NCBI RefSeq assembly: GCF_001194135.2 | Contig: NC_068982.1 | Span: 184,229,617 to 184,293,616 of the forward strand | Reading direction: 5' to 3' | Length of the DNA stretch: 64,000 nt | Source: Octopus bimaculoides | Lineage: Eukaryota | Shown here: positions 37,281 through 48,880 of the stretch, piece after piece | How the letters are laid out: every line of letters begins with the position of its first letter | How positions within the stretch are numbered: position 1 is the stretch's first letter | Translations under genes and position numbers: made by a program | Notes under the pieces: model-generated | Databases searched by the model: none | What the model was told of the DNA's origin: nothing | What the model saw: the letters and a program-made list of their open reading frames with translations, nothing else

Positions 37281-37795
37281 GTATGTATGTATGTATGTGT
37301 GTATGTATGTGTGTAATATATCAGAGACAGAGAGCGAGAGAGGGAGACAGAGATGGCGTAGGATAGAGAGGGAGGGAGATGTGTGCGTGTGTGTGCATGT
37401 GTACATGAATGTGGGTAAGAGATGAAAAAGACGTACATGTACATACATGCATATAGATTTATGTGTGTATGTTTGTATCTATGCACATATCACGTATTTA
37501 TTGAGATATTTATACATTATAATGATATACATTTCTTGTGAAGCGATCCTCACATGAGAAAATAATGACATAAATATATCATAAATTATATATTACATAC
37601 ATCTTTAACAGACCTGCACAAAGAATGATTCTTTGCTGTACACCTCAACCCTACCATCCACTGCAGCTGCCTAAACTGCTAAGTCTAACTTTGTCTTCTC
37701 CCTCCCTCTATCTGTCTTATCCCATGTCTCTTTTTTCCCTTCCTATCTCTTTTCCCTGTTCTATCTCTCTCCTTTTCTATTCCCCCTTCTCTCTC

Positions 37796-37840
<45 letters not shown>

Positions 37841-38023
37841 CTTCATCAAGCTATGGCGCTTGCAATGTCTTTTTATACACATACACGAAATAAGGCCATG
37901 TTCGTATTTATTCCATCGTAAATTTCATGGGACGAGGAAGATATCTTCGTGATTGTGGATGGTTGTCTTGCGTGTGATGAGTCTAATGTGGAATGGACTC
38001 TAGTATCTTTACGCGCGCGCGCT

Positions 38024-38092
<69 letters not shown>

Positions 38093-38109
38093 ATTCATAT
38101 ATTCATATA

Positions 38110-38982
38110 CAGTGTTCGGGCTAAAATTTACATTATGTATAAAAGGAAAAGAAAATACTAAATCCTATCCAAAATTAAAGTGTTTTTTTGTAAAGTCAAA
38201 ATATATAAACTAGATCATGATAGCAGTTTATTCAAAGTAGCTGCCCTCAGCTTCCACCACGGCTTCAAGACGGTTCCGGAAACTGGTGCATGCGTTCCTC
38301 ACTATGTCGCTGGGAAGATCTTCGAACAACTCCTTGATCTTGGCCTCCAGTTTGGCCTTACTATTGTAGTCAGAGCGGTTCGTGTCTTTCTCAAATGCGC
38401 TTCACACATTGTAATCCAAGGAATTACAGTCGAAGAAATTAGAAGACCTGAAACTGACCCTCATGAAGTCGTAGAAATTTTCCGACAACCACTTCTGACT
38501 CTTTCCGTAGATATGGCAAGGAGCCAAATCCTGATGCCACACATATGGCCTTGCAGCAGCAACCCTCTCCAGCTTGAGATTGGCCAAATGTCTCCTGCAT
38601 CTTCAATTGAACCTAAGAACATGTTTAAAGATGTGGAGTCGAGTTTTGGTGTGTGGACGCAGTAAGGATGTCTGCTTTGTCCTTTTCCGTTGGCCACGGC
38701 TTCGTTGTCTCCTGTCCGTGCCACGTCTGACATACTTTACAGTGTTCACAGAGCATAAAGCAGCAGTCATAGTATCAACATTTGATACCCGGCACAAATC
38801 ATCATGGTACTCGTAACTCTTTTCTAATACTCTGTTCGTTTCCATTCCTCCATGTCAGTTAACTTTTTCCAACTACAACTTTAGTCTTTATGCTCTCCAA
38901 CACCGTTGACTATTCACCAATACATCAAACTGTGCCTGGAAAAAGGAGACGAAGAAAGATTGTCAAATTCAACCCGAACATG
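38110..38982 (-). mobile_element. Tc1/mariner internal-deletion derivative with both TIRs and TA TSD (DD37D/maT-like motifs)
   Basis: TA|cagtgttcgggctaaaatttaca ... tgtcaaattcaacccgaacatg|TA. Encodes LERVAAARPYVWHQDLAPCH...SQKWLSENFYDF...DCNSLDYNV. Confidence 0.88.
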
Positions 38983-39029
38983 TATGAAAACACGCACGTG
39001 CATATACACACAAATACAACACGCACGCA

Positions 39030-39415
39030 TTGTTGTTGGCACTCCGTCGCTTACGACGTCGAGGGTTCCAGTTGATCTGATCAACGGAACAGCCTGCCCG
39101 TGAAATTAACGTGCAAGTGGCTGAGCACTCCACAGACACGTGTACCCTTAACGTAGTTCTCGGGGATATTCAGCATGACACAGTGTGACAAGGCTGACCC
39201 TTTGAATTACAGGCACAACAGAAACAGGAAGTAAGAGTGAGAGAAAGTTGTGGTGAAAGAATACAGCAGGGTTCACCACCATCCCCTGCCGGAGCCTCGT
39301 GGAGCTTTAGGTGTTTTCGCTCAATAAACACTCACAATGCCCGGTCTGGGAATCGAAACCGCGATCCCATGACCGCGAGTCTGCTGCCCTAACCACTGGG
39401 TCATTGCGCCTCCAC
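39030..39415 (-). mobile_element. Full-length SINE family D with TSD
   Basis: Colinear with 12231-12626; 12-bp TSD cgcacgcattgt at 39022-39033 and 39416-39427. Confidence 0.92.
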
Positions 39416-39807
39416 CGCACGCATTGTACACAGACTAATACACACATTCACGCAATCACGTTCATTCTCCACACAAATACATTCCAGCAATCACTGGAGC
39501 CAACAATCAAGGAGATCCAGCAGTGAGTAGACTGAGGAAACTCTGGTCTAAGACTGACCCCCAGAGTGACTTCTTTATCGTCACGGCTAGACTGTGACCT
39601 GAGTCCGATTCTGGTGTGGCTCGTTTCCACCCTTTCCTTGAAGCCCTAAGCACGTGCATAGATTTTTTAATGGTTAATCCAGTGCTGCCTCAAACTATAT
39701 ATAAAAATGATACAGACTTAGATTGTGTTTTCCGAATATTAGAAATATTTAGTTGGAAGAGAGTCAGCTGTGCCGGTTCTAGTATTGTGTATTCGTTTTC
39801 AAGAGAG

Positions 39808-39919
39808 TGAGAAGACTGGAGTAACATGAAGTGAGACACCTTGCACAAGGATACGACGCGTTGCCCGGTCAAAGAATCAAACACACGAACTTATGATCCT
39901 AAATCCAACACCGTAACCA
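39808..39919 (-). mobile_element. Degenerate SINE family E/F head plus CORE
   Basis: gactggagtaacatgaagtgagacaccttgcacaaggatacgac...gaatcaaacac...caccgtaacca. Confidence 0.65.
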
Positions 39920-39927
39920 TAGAACTC

Positions 39928-40088
39928 GCAGTGGCTGTGTGGTAAGAAGTTTGCTTCCCAAACCCCATGGTTCCGGGTTCAGTCCCACTGCGTGACATCT
40001 TGGGCAAGTGTCTTCTACTATAGCCTCGGGCCGACCAAAGCCTCTGTGTGTGTGTGTGTGTGTCCCACCATCGCTTTACAATCGATGT
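39928..40088 (+). mobile_element. SINE family B head+CORE, internally deleted, running into a gap
   Basis: gtggctgtgtggtaagaag...ggttcagtccc...ttgggcaagtgtcttctactatagcctcgggccgacc. Confidence 0.9.
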
Positions 40089-41223
40089 NNNNNNNNNNNN
40101 NNNNNNNNNNNNNNNNNNNNNNNNNNNNNNNNNNNNNNNNNNNNNNNNNNNNNNNNNNNNNNNNNNNNNNNNNNNNNNNNNNNNNNNNNNNNNNNNNNNN
40201 NNNNNNNNNNNNNNNNNNNNNNNNNNNNNNNNNNNNNNNNNNNNNNNNNNNNNNNNNNNNNNNNNNNNNNNNNNNNNNNNNNNNNNNNNNNNNNNNNNNN
40301 NNNNNNNNNNNNNNNNNNNNNNNNNNNNNNNNNNNNNNNNNNNNNNNNNNNNNNNNNNNNNNNNNNNNNNATATATATAGATAGATAGATAGATATAGAT
40401 AGATAAATAGATGCATACATATATTTAAAAAATATTTTTGTATTTGTTTTGCAGCATTCTTCATGTGAAGTGGTATGTTGAAAGTAGATATTGTGCTTTG
40501 TTAATTGTATATTGTCAATAAAACACATAAGGGGCACATCATCGTCGATAACGTCTCACTGCGTGATACTGAACTTTGGCAAGTCAATTAATCAATTTAT
40601 TTATTCATTTATTTATTTATTATCTAATTATCTAATCAATTGATAAAAGAACAAGTGGAATACAACTATACAACTACATGTGATTTAATTGGTAGCATGA
40701 CTCTTCCAAAATAATATATATATATCATTATGAATGACGGCAGAAGTATTAGCTCAAAATAGCAATCTGTATATCATACTTTAAGCAGATATATTGTAGA
40801 AAGCCTGCTAAGCTGCAACACTTGTCTCGACGAAGCATCTCTTATAGACGCAGTGTTAAAAACATAAATATATCAAAAGCAGACAAAAATCTTCCAGCAG
40901 CGATGGATAGCAACACGGATAGCAATGTCACCGGAGTAGCAAAAGGAACTACAAGGGAGAGGAAGCGGGTATTTTATAAATAATGCGCCATACCAAAACA
41001 TGTGCGCAATAAACCTAGATACTATTTTGTGGGAAGTGAAAACAGTGCTTAGACAGTTTGAATCTGAATACATCTGAGACGAAAATACGCGTATATGTTT
41101 GGTGCATAAATAGGCACGTAAATACGTCTCCTCTCTTTTCTCAGAGTCAATAATTTTAGAAACGTTAGCACGCCATTCACATTTGAAACATCTGTTCTTT
41201 GCACAAGTTCCTTTTCAAGGCAC

Positions 41224-41418
41224 TTATTGTCGTGGAAGTTCAATTGTTCCGTTTCCGCAGTTGCTCAGCGTCCGGACATTGTTGACTTTGCGGAAATTAT
41301 CTCGAACAGTTAGAATTGTGCGCAGGGTGGCGGTAGAGAGAGAATTATTGCTTTCCAGTAAATTTGCTGAAAGGTGTGCGACAGCGGCATGAATGTTACT
41401 TTTCGCCGGGGAACACGG
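41224..41418 (-). CDS. Candidate terminal coding exon, product unknown
   Basis: Polypyrimidine acceptor tctttctcctag| followed by 64 open codons (PCSPAKSNIHAAVAHLSANLL...GTIELPRQ*) in unique, CpG-retaining sequence. Confidence 0.25.
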   Translation of the reverse strand, partial: PCSPAKSNIHAAVAHLSANLLESNNSLSTATLRTILTVRDNFRKVNNVRTLSNCGNGTIELPRQ

Positions 41419-41745
41419 CTAGGAGAAAGATCTTACACTTGGTAGTAAGGATTTTTTAAAACTTCCTTGTTGGGTCTAGAGGAAGTAACGGGCTCATAAT
41501 CGTTGCAGGCCCTCAAAGCCTAGTGAAATTGGTTCCGTTAACCTTTCTAGGTATTTTGTATTATATTCCCACCCGTATACACATTTGTACATTTACGTAC
41601 ATCTCCATATGTTTTGTAGTTTCTTTTGTAGGACATTATCTATGTAGCCCATGAGGGTATGTAGTAGTGGTAGTGGTAGTAGTAGTAGTAATAGTAGTAG
41701 TAGTAGTAATAGTAGTGGTAGTAGTAGTAGTAGTAGTAGTAGTAG

Positions 41746-41784
<39 letters not shown>

Positions 41785-41890
41785 ATTTCACCAGGCGTGT
41801 CCATGTATACTACCATATAATTGATTCATATTACCTTACATCTCTCTATCTCTCTTTCCATATATACACCCACTCCACACGTATATGGAC

Positions 41891-41952
<62 letters not shown>

Positions 41953-42077
41953 AGATGTGTGTGTGTATGTATGTATATATACACACACACACACTCACAT
42001 ACATATATGTGAGTGTGTATATATGCATATATATGTGCGTATGTGTGTGTGTGTGTGTGTGTATGTATGTGTCTATA

Positions 42078-42176
<99 letters not shown>

Positions 42177-42329
42177 AAATATATATATATATATACCAAA
42201 TATATATTACCATTAAATAACAAAGCTATTCGACGCTAGATACCTTAAACAAACAAACAAAAGAAGTATATAAAAGAAAAACTGTGTGAAGAAAAACTTG
42301 GCTTCAAATCTTGCATTGTTATGAATTTT

Positions 42330-42440
42330 CCAGCAGTATTCTACGGTCTAATGATTCTTAATAGACATTCACCATACCTGGTCGGGTTTGATAACGATAT
42401 GGTCGCCTCTTTTGTGCTGTACACGAATATAAGGACATCT
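42330..42440 (-). mobile_element. Possible PLE RT N-terminal fragment
   Basis: DHIVIKPDQ...EYCWKIH resembles the PLE motif IVIKPADKG...Y..K. Confidence 0.35.
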
Positions 42441-42680
42441 ATTAGTTATAATTGAGTTATCTATACCAAGAATAGCTAGCATACATACCTGTGTTACTGT
42501 TATTGTTGTTGTTGCTGTTGCTGATGATGATAATGATGTTGTTGATGTTGATGTTTAGTCTCGGTTTTATCATGCTAGGCATATGAACAAAGCCATACCA
42601 GTCATGACCATCCTGTCTTAATTACAGGTAGCGGCTACCCTGGACGACATTAATGCGTTTCTTACTTTGAGACTATAGGG

Positions 42681-42715
<35 letters not shown>

Positions 42716-44004
42716 TTTGAAGTGGGGATTTGGCTACTATTTCTACAAGATCGAACAATGCCGTTCAGGCGTTCAAGTTGGCTCACCTGCGTTACTGTCG
42801 TTCATTGTTAATGGTGGNNNNNNNNNNNNNNNNNNNNNNNNNNNNNNNNNNNNNNNNNNNNNNNNNNNNNNNNNNNNNNNNNNNNNNNNNNNNNNNNNNN
42901 NNNNNNNNNNNNNNNNNNNNNNNNNNNNNNNNNNNNNNNNNNNNNNNNNNNNNNNNNNNNNNNNNNNNNNNNNNNNNNNNNNNNNNNNNNNNNNNNNNNN
43001 NNNNNNNNNNNNNNNNNNNNNNNNNNNNNNNNNNNNNNNNNNNNNNNNNNNNNNNNNNNNNNNNNNNNNNNNNNNNNNNNNNNNNNNNNNNNNNNNNNNN
43101 NNNNNNNNNNNNNNNNNNNNNNNNNNNNNNNNNNNNNNNNNNNNNNNNNNNNNNNNNNNNNNNNNNNNNNNNNNNNNNNNNNNNNNNNNNNNNNNNNNNN
43201 NNNNNNNNNNNNNNNNNNNNNNNNNNNNNNNNNNNNNNNNNNNNNNNNNNNNNNNNNNNNNNNNNNNNNNNNNNNNNNNNNNNNNNNNNNNNNNNNNNNN
43301 NNNNNNNNNNNNNNNNNNNNNNNNNNNNNNNNNNNNNNNNNNNNNNNNNNNNNNNNNNNNNNNNNNNNNNNNNNNNNNNNNNNNNNNNNNNNNNNNNNNN
43401 NNNNNNNNNNNNNNNNNNNNNNNNNNNNNNNNNNNNNNNNNNNNNNNNNNNNNNNNNNNNNNNNNNNNNNNNNNNNNNNNNNNNNNNNNNNNNNNNNNNN
43501 NNNNNNNNNNNNNNNNNNNNNNNNNNNNNNNNNNNNNNNNNNNNNNNNNNNNNNNNNNNNNNNNNNNNNNNNNNNNNNNNNNNNNNNNNNNNNNNNNNNN
43601 NNNNNNNNNNNNNNNNNNNNNNNNNNNNNNNNNNNNNNNNNNNNNNNNNNNNNNNNNNNNNNNNNNNNNNNNNNNNNNNNNNNNNNNNNNNNNNNNNNNN
43701 NNNNNGAGGTTTACAAAAGTGGAAAAGTTCAAAAGTTTTTTAGACGTCGTGGTATATTGAAGCGATTTCTAATCAGAAGATGGGTCCAGTGTAATCCGTG
43801 GGTAGGAGAGGTGCAGCCGGAGGGTATAAAGTTCAGAATCAAACAGTCCAGATCCAGAAGGAAAGAAGGTAGAATCCAAAAGTTGGTAGTGTGTGATGAG
43901 AGGAGACAGGATTAGCTGGTGCGACCACGTGAGCGTGTATTATATGTGGGAGAATATACAAATAATAACAACAGACGAGGACAGGTGGTGTATATATATA
44001 TATG

Positions 44005-44038
<34 letters not shown>

Positions 44039-44065
44039 TGTATGTATGTATGTATGTTCTGTATG

Positions 44066-44096
<31 letters not shown>

Positions 44097-44693
44097 ATCA
44101 TGCGCTCAGAAGTGAAAACCTGCTAAGCTGCGGTATTCGCTTCAAATCCAATAAACAGCCACCCAACGGCAGCAGGTGGCTCAAATCCTTCGAGAATGAT
44201 CTGTTTGAAGTCATTGCAAACATTTGGATGTGTGTTTGTGTGTGTGTGTGTGTGCTTGTTCCAATCAACCTTACCTCTTCTCGTGTATGATGATGATGGC
44301 AAAGTGAACTAAGGAAAACCAAAACAATGATTTTCGTAATAGATGAAAGGAAGTCAGGAAATAATTGAATGCAGGAAACCAAAAGGAGTAATAAAGAGAG
44401 ACAGATGTACTGTGAAGGAATGAAGAATGGAGAGAAATCAAAATGAAAACGCTCGAATAAGGTAGAATTTTGGTAGACGATAAAAGATTAAGACGATGGA
44501 AGATCGATAAATGGAATTGAAGAATGATACGTCAGAAGAGAAAGACACAATGGAGGGAGATATTAAAGAAATAAAGAGTTTAAACAGAAGAAAGAAAAGG
44601 GATAATTCAAAGGAAGGAAAAAGAAAAATAATGACTGATCTGTTGTTATCACTGGTGGAAGGTTCGTTAAACAGAAAGGCGGAAAACAGAAAC

Positions 44694-44925
44694 GGCGGCG
44701 AGCTGGCAGAAACGTTAGCACGCCGGGCGAAATGCTTAGCGGTATTTCGTCTGCCGTTACGTTCTGAGTTCAAATTCCGCCGAGGTCGACTTTGCCTTTC
44801 ATCCTTTCGGGGTCGATTAAATTAAGTACCAGTTTCGCACTGGGGTCGATGTAATCGACTTAATCCGTTTGTCTGTCCTTGTTTGTCCGCTCTATGTTTA
44901 ACCCCTTGTGGGCAATAAAGAAATT
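44694..44925 (+). mobile_element. Young-looking SINE family A with alternative tail
   Basis: Clean A/B boxes and central block; tail taatccgtttgtctgtcc...gtgggcaataaagaaat differs from other copies; agaaaggcggaa is repeated on both flanks. Confidence 0.9.
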
Positions 44926-44963
44926 AGAAAGGCGGAATACTGGATTTAATCGATATTACTGGT

Positions 44964-45106
44964 GTGAAGACGTGTGGCTTAGTGGTTAGGGTATTACACT
45001 CACGATGGTAAAATCGTGATTTCAAATCCCAGGCTGGGTGCTGCATTGTGTTTCTGAGCAAAACACTTCATTTCTTGTTGCTCCAGTCCATTCAGCTGTA
45101 AATGGG
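44964..45106 (+). mobile_element. SINE family E/F head plus CORE, 3'-truncated
   Basis: gtggcttagtggttaggg...ttgtgtttctgagcaaaacacttcatttc...cagctgtaaatggg. Confidence 0.85.
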
Positions 45107-46071
45107 CTCCAGCAATAGCAGAGGAGAGGTGTTGTAAACTAAGTCATTAATACGCTATGAGAATAGCTCATGACATGCCTAAGTATATAACTGGTATATA
45201 TTTATCGTGCAGTTACTGTTAATACCTCGTTCAGAGATTTAACATTGGTATATATTTAATTAACCCTCAAAGATGCAAAATAAAACTGGGCCAGGTGGAA
45301 TTTGAACTCCGAAAGTAAAGTAAAAAAATTATATTTCGGTACTCAAACCGTTTCTTCGGAATTGGGAAGTCATAAAGTATTAGGAGCTGGGAGTAGGGTC
45401 TATGATTGATTTATCGAATCAGATATGAAGGGGACTGCAACGATGAGATTTTCTGGTCCTTTTGGACTTTAGGTTGATTCATCGAAAATTTGGGAGGGAT
45501 TTCTAGAGTTACGTGGATCTGGAGAGAAAGGACTGCGAAACGTGCCTCATGTAAAGTCTGGAAGGTTAGAAACGTGGAGATAATAAGATACAGGTAGATG
45601 GGGTGATAATAAGATACAGGTAGATGGGGTGAGTTAGCATGACTGTCAGGGTACTAGTGATGACCATAGTGTTGTTGTCGTGGTGGTGGTAGTGGTGGTG
45701 GTGGTGGTTCTTGTAAGGTGTTGGTGACTGTGGTATCGGTTGTAGTAGTAGTGGCAGTGTTAGTAATGGTGTCGTGGTGGTGATGATAGTGTTCGCGTTG
45801 ATGATGGCAATGCTGATGGGGATGGTGGTATTAAGAATGGATGTTGAGGTGGTGGTGATGGTGACAGCGATGGTAGTATAGTAGTAGTGATAGTGATGTT
45901 GGTATTAGTGGTGGTGATGATGATGATGATGATGATGATGACGATTAAGGTGTTGATTGTGGTGGTGGTTTTAGTGGTGGTCACGGTGATCGTGATGTTT
46001 TAGTGGATGGACTTATAAAAATGGAAGTGGTATTGGTGTGTATACGTATTGTATGTATGTGTGTCTGTTTG

Positions 46072-46819
46072 GGATCTAGTTCAAAACGGGGGCACCAGTT
46101 TTCATTTATGTTTTATGTAGTGTTTTTGGTACCGAAAGACTTTCAAACTTCGTATACTTATCTATTTTGTGTTATAGAACAGAAAAAAAATTTTTGTATT
46201 CGAAGTTATTTCATGTAAAAAAATTGTCTTATTTCGATAATTTCAACCAATCACTGACAAGTATTCAGCTGTTTACAGTTACTCCTTTGGCAGTTTAAGC
46301 GGTTCCTTTGGCAGTTTAAGCGGTGTAAAGCGTATTTAATTTCCATTACTTCTGACATTTTGCAGAGAGGCAACACACGTGTGTTCGTTTTCCTTCGTTT
46401 TATTTTTAATATAATTTCGTTAACATGCCTGAACTGTATGTGTACAACATTTGCCCTAGCCCTAACCCTAACCCTTCCCTCAAAAACCAGGCCTTGTGCC
46501 TATAATAGAAAGGTTTATTAGCTACTGCCAATATGCTTCAGCCATTTTTTGACAAGGAAATAATAATTTTATCACCGCCAGAATCGTTTGAGAATCGTTT
46601 GTTTACGTAGTCAGCACTTAATGTATTCAGCTGAATGGACGTCAGTCATTGGTTGAAATTACAGAAATACAACTTTAACATGAAATAAGTTGCAATATAA
46701 TAATTTTTCTTAAGAAGACTAAGAGAAAAAGATGTTTTATATGACACATTCTACCAGTGTCCCAAGTTTCAAAGTGTTTCGTTAAGAAAATACTGGTGCC
46801 CCCGTTTTGAACTAGATCC
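46072..46819. mobile_element. 748-bp MITE with perfect 28-bp TIRs and ~200-bp imperfect inverted arms
   Basis: ggatctagttcaaaacgggggcaccagt / actggtgcccccgttttgaactagatcc; tgtttg on both flanks. Confidence 0.88.
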
Positions 46820-47480
46820 TGTTTGTGTATNNNNNNNNNNNNNNNNNNNNNNNNNNNNNNNNNNNNNNNNNNNNNNNNNNNNNNNNNNNNNNNNNNNNNN
46901 NNNNNNNNNNNNNNNNNNNNNNNNNNNNNNNNNNNNNNNNNNNNNNNNNNNNNNNNNNNNNNNNNNNNNNNNNNNNNNNNNNNNNNNNNNNNNNNNNNNN
47001 NNNNNNNNNNNNNNNNNNNNNNNNNNNNNNNNNNNNNNNNNNNNNNNNNNNNNNNNNNNNNNNNNNNNNNNNNNNNNNNNNNNNNNNNNNNNNNNNNNNN
47101 NNNNNNNNNNNNNNNNNNNNNNNNNNNNNNNNNNNNNNNNNNNNNNNNNNNNNNNNNNNNNNNNNNNNNNNNNNNNNNNNNNNNNNNNNNNNNNNNNNNN
47201 NNNNNNNNNNNNNNNNNNNNNNNNNNNNNNNNNNNNNNNNNNNNNNNNNNNNNNNNNNNNNNNNNNNNNNNNNNNNNNNNNNNNNNNNNNNNNNNNNNNN
47301 NNNNNNNNNNNNNNNNNNNNNNNNNNNNNNNNNNNNNNNNNNNNNNNNNNNNNNNNNNNNNNNNNNNNNNNNNNNNNNNNNNNNNNNNNNNNNNNNNNNN
47401 NNNNNNNNNNNNNNNNNNNNNNNNNNNNNNNNNNNNNNNNNNNNNNNNNNNNNNNNNNNNNNNNNNNNNNNNNNNNNNNN

Positions 47481-47541
<61 letters not shown>

Positions 47542-48846
47542 ATATTCACACGTGAATGTATATGTGCTAGCTGTGTATGCATATTCATGTATAAATGTTT
47601 AAATGGATATATCGATATAGATATAGGTGAATATGTATATATGTATGTATGTATAACCCATGATGGCGGTTGTGATGTATCTCTTACTTTTTCGTTTTTG
47701 GTTGTTTTCCGAAGTCTGTAAAAGGGACTTTAAAAAAAAAAAAATAAAAGCTGGAATGAGTAGGCGGAGAGAGAAGGGTGGGGGTAATAAAACATTAATG
47801 AATAAAGAAAAAGATAAAAATCACAACTAAAATAACAAACAAAAACTATATATATNNNNNNNNNNNNNNNNNNNNNNNNNNNNNNNNNNNNNNNNNNNNN
47901 NNNNNNNNNNNNNNNNNNNNNNNNNNNNNNNNNNNNNNNNNNNNNNNNNNNNNNNNNNNNNNNNNNNNNNNNNNNNNNNNNNNNNNNNNNNNNNNNNNNN
48001 NNNNNNNNNNNNNNNNNNNNNNNNNNNNNNNNNNNNNNNNNNNNNNNNNNNNNNNNNNNNNNNNNNNNNNNNNNNNNNNNNNNNNNNNNNNNNNNNNNNN
48101 NNNNNNNNNNNNNNNNNNNNNNNNNNNNNNNNNNNNNNNNNNNNNNNNNNNNNNNNNNNNNNNNNNNNNNNNNNNNNNNNNNNNNNNNNNNNNNNNNNNN
48201 NNNNNNNNNNNNNNNNNNNNNNNNNNNNNNNNNNNNNNNNNNNNNNNNNNNNNNNNNNNNNNNNNNNNNNNNNNNNNNNNNNNNNNNNNNNNNNNNNNNN
48301 NNNNNNNNNNNNNNNNNNNNNNNNNNNNNNNNNNNNNNNNNNNNNNNNNNNNNNNNNNNNNNNNNNNNNNNNNNNNNNNNNNNNNNNNNNNNNNNNNNNN
48401 NNNNNNNNNNNNNNNNNNNNNNNNNNNNNNNNNNNNNNNNNNNNNNNNNNNNNNNNNNNNNNNNNNNNNNNNNNNNNNNNNNNNNNNNNNNNNNNNNNNN
48501 NNNNNNNNNNNNNNNNNNNNNNNNNNNNNNNNNNNNNNNNNNNNNNNNNNNNNNNNNNNNNNNNNNNNNNNNNNNNNNNNNNNNNNNNNNNNNNNNNNNN
48601 NNNNNNNNNNNNNNNNNNNNNNNNNNNNNNNNNNNNNNNNNNNNNNNNNNNNNNNNNNNNNNNNNNNNNNNNCTTCTCTCTCCTTCTTTCTCGTTCATTT
48701 TTTATTCATCTAAAACTCGGTCCGAGCCAGGAATGAGAAACTGGTAAATGAGAGAAAGAAACTGGGTATTATGTGTGTATATGTGTGTGTGTGTGTGTGT
48801 ATGTGTGTGTGCACGTGCGCGCGTGTGAGTGTGTGTGTGTTTGTGC

Positions 48847-48880
<34 letters not shown>

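Noticed and set aside
44300-44690. Minus-strand ORF containing FYRLPKF, resembling PLE FYxLPKIHK
   Set aside because: A single short motif in low-complexity T/C-rich sequence; insufficient support for a call.
45579-45630. Perfect 26-bp tandem duplication (similar ones at ~46293-46325 and ~53087-53134)
   Set aside because: Ordinary local slippage duplications with no further structure.
46452-46475. Telomere-like (CCCTAA) units as an interstitial telomere
   Set aside because: Only about three imperfect units inside a MITE; too short to indicate a fusion or healing site.
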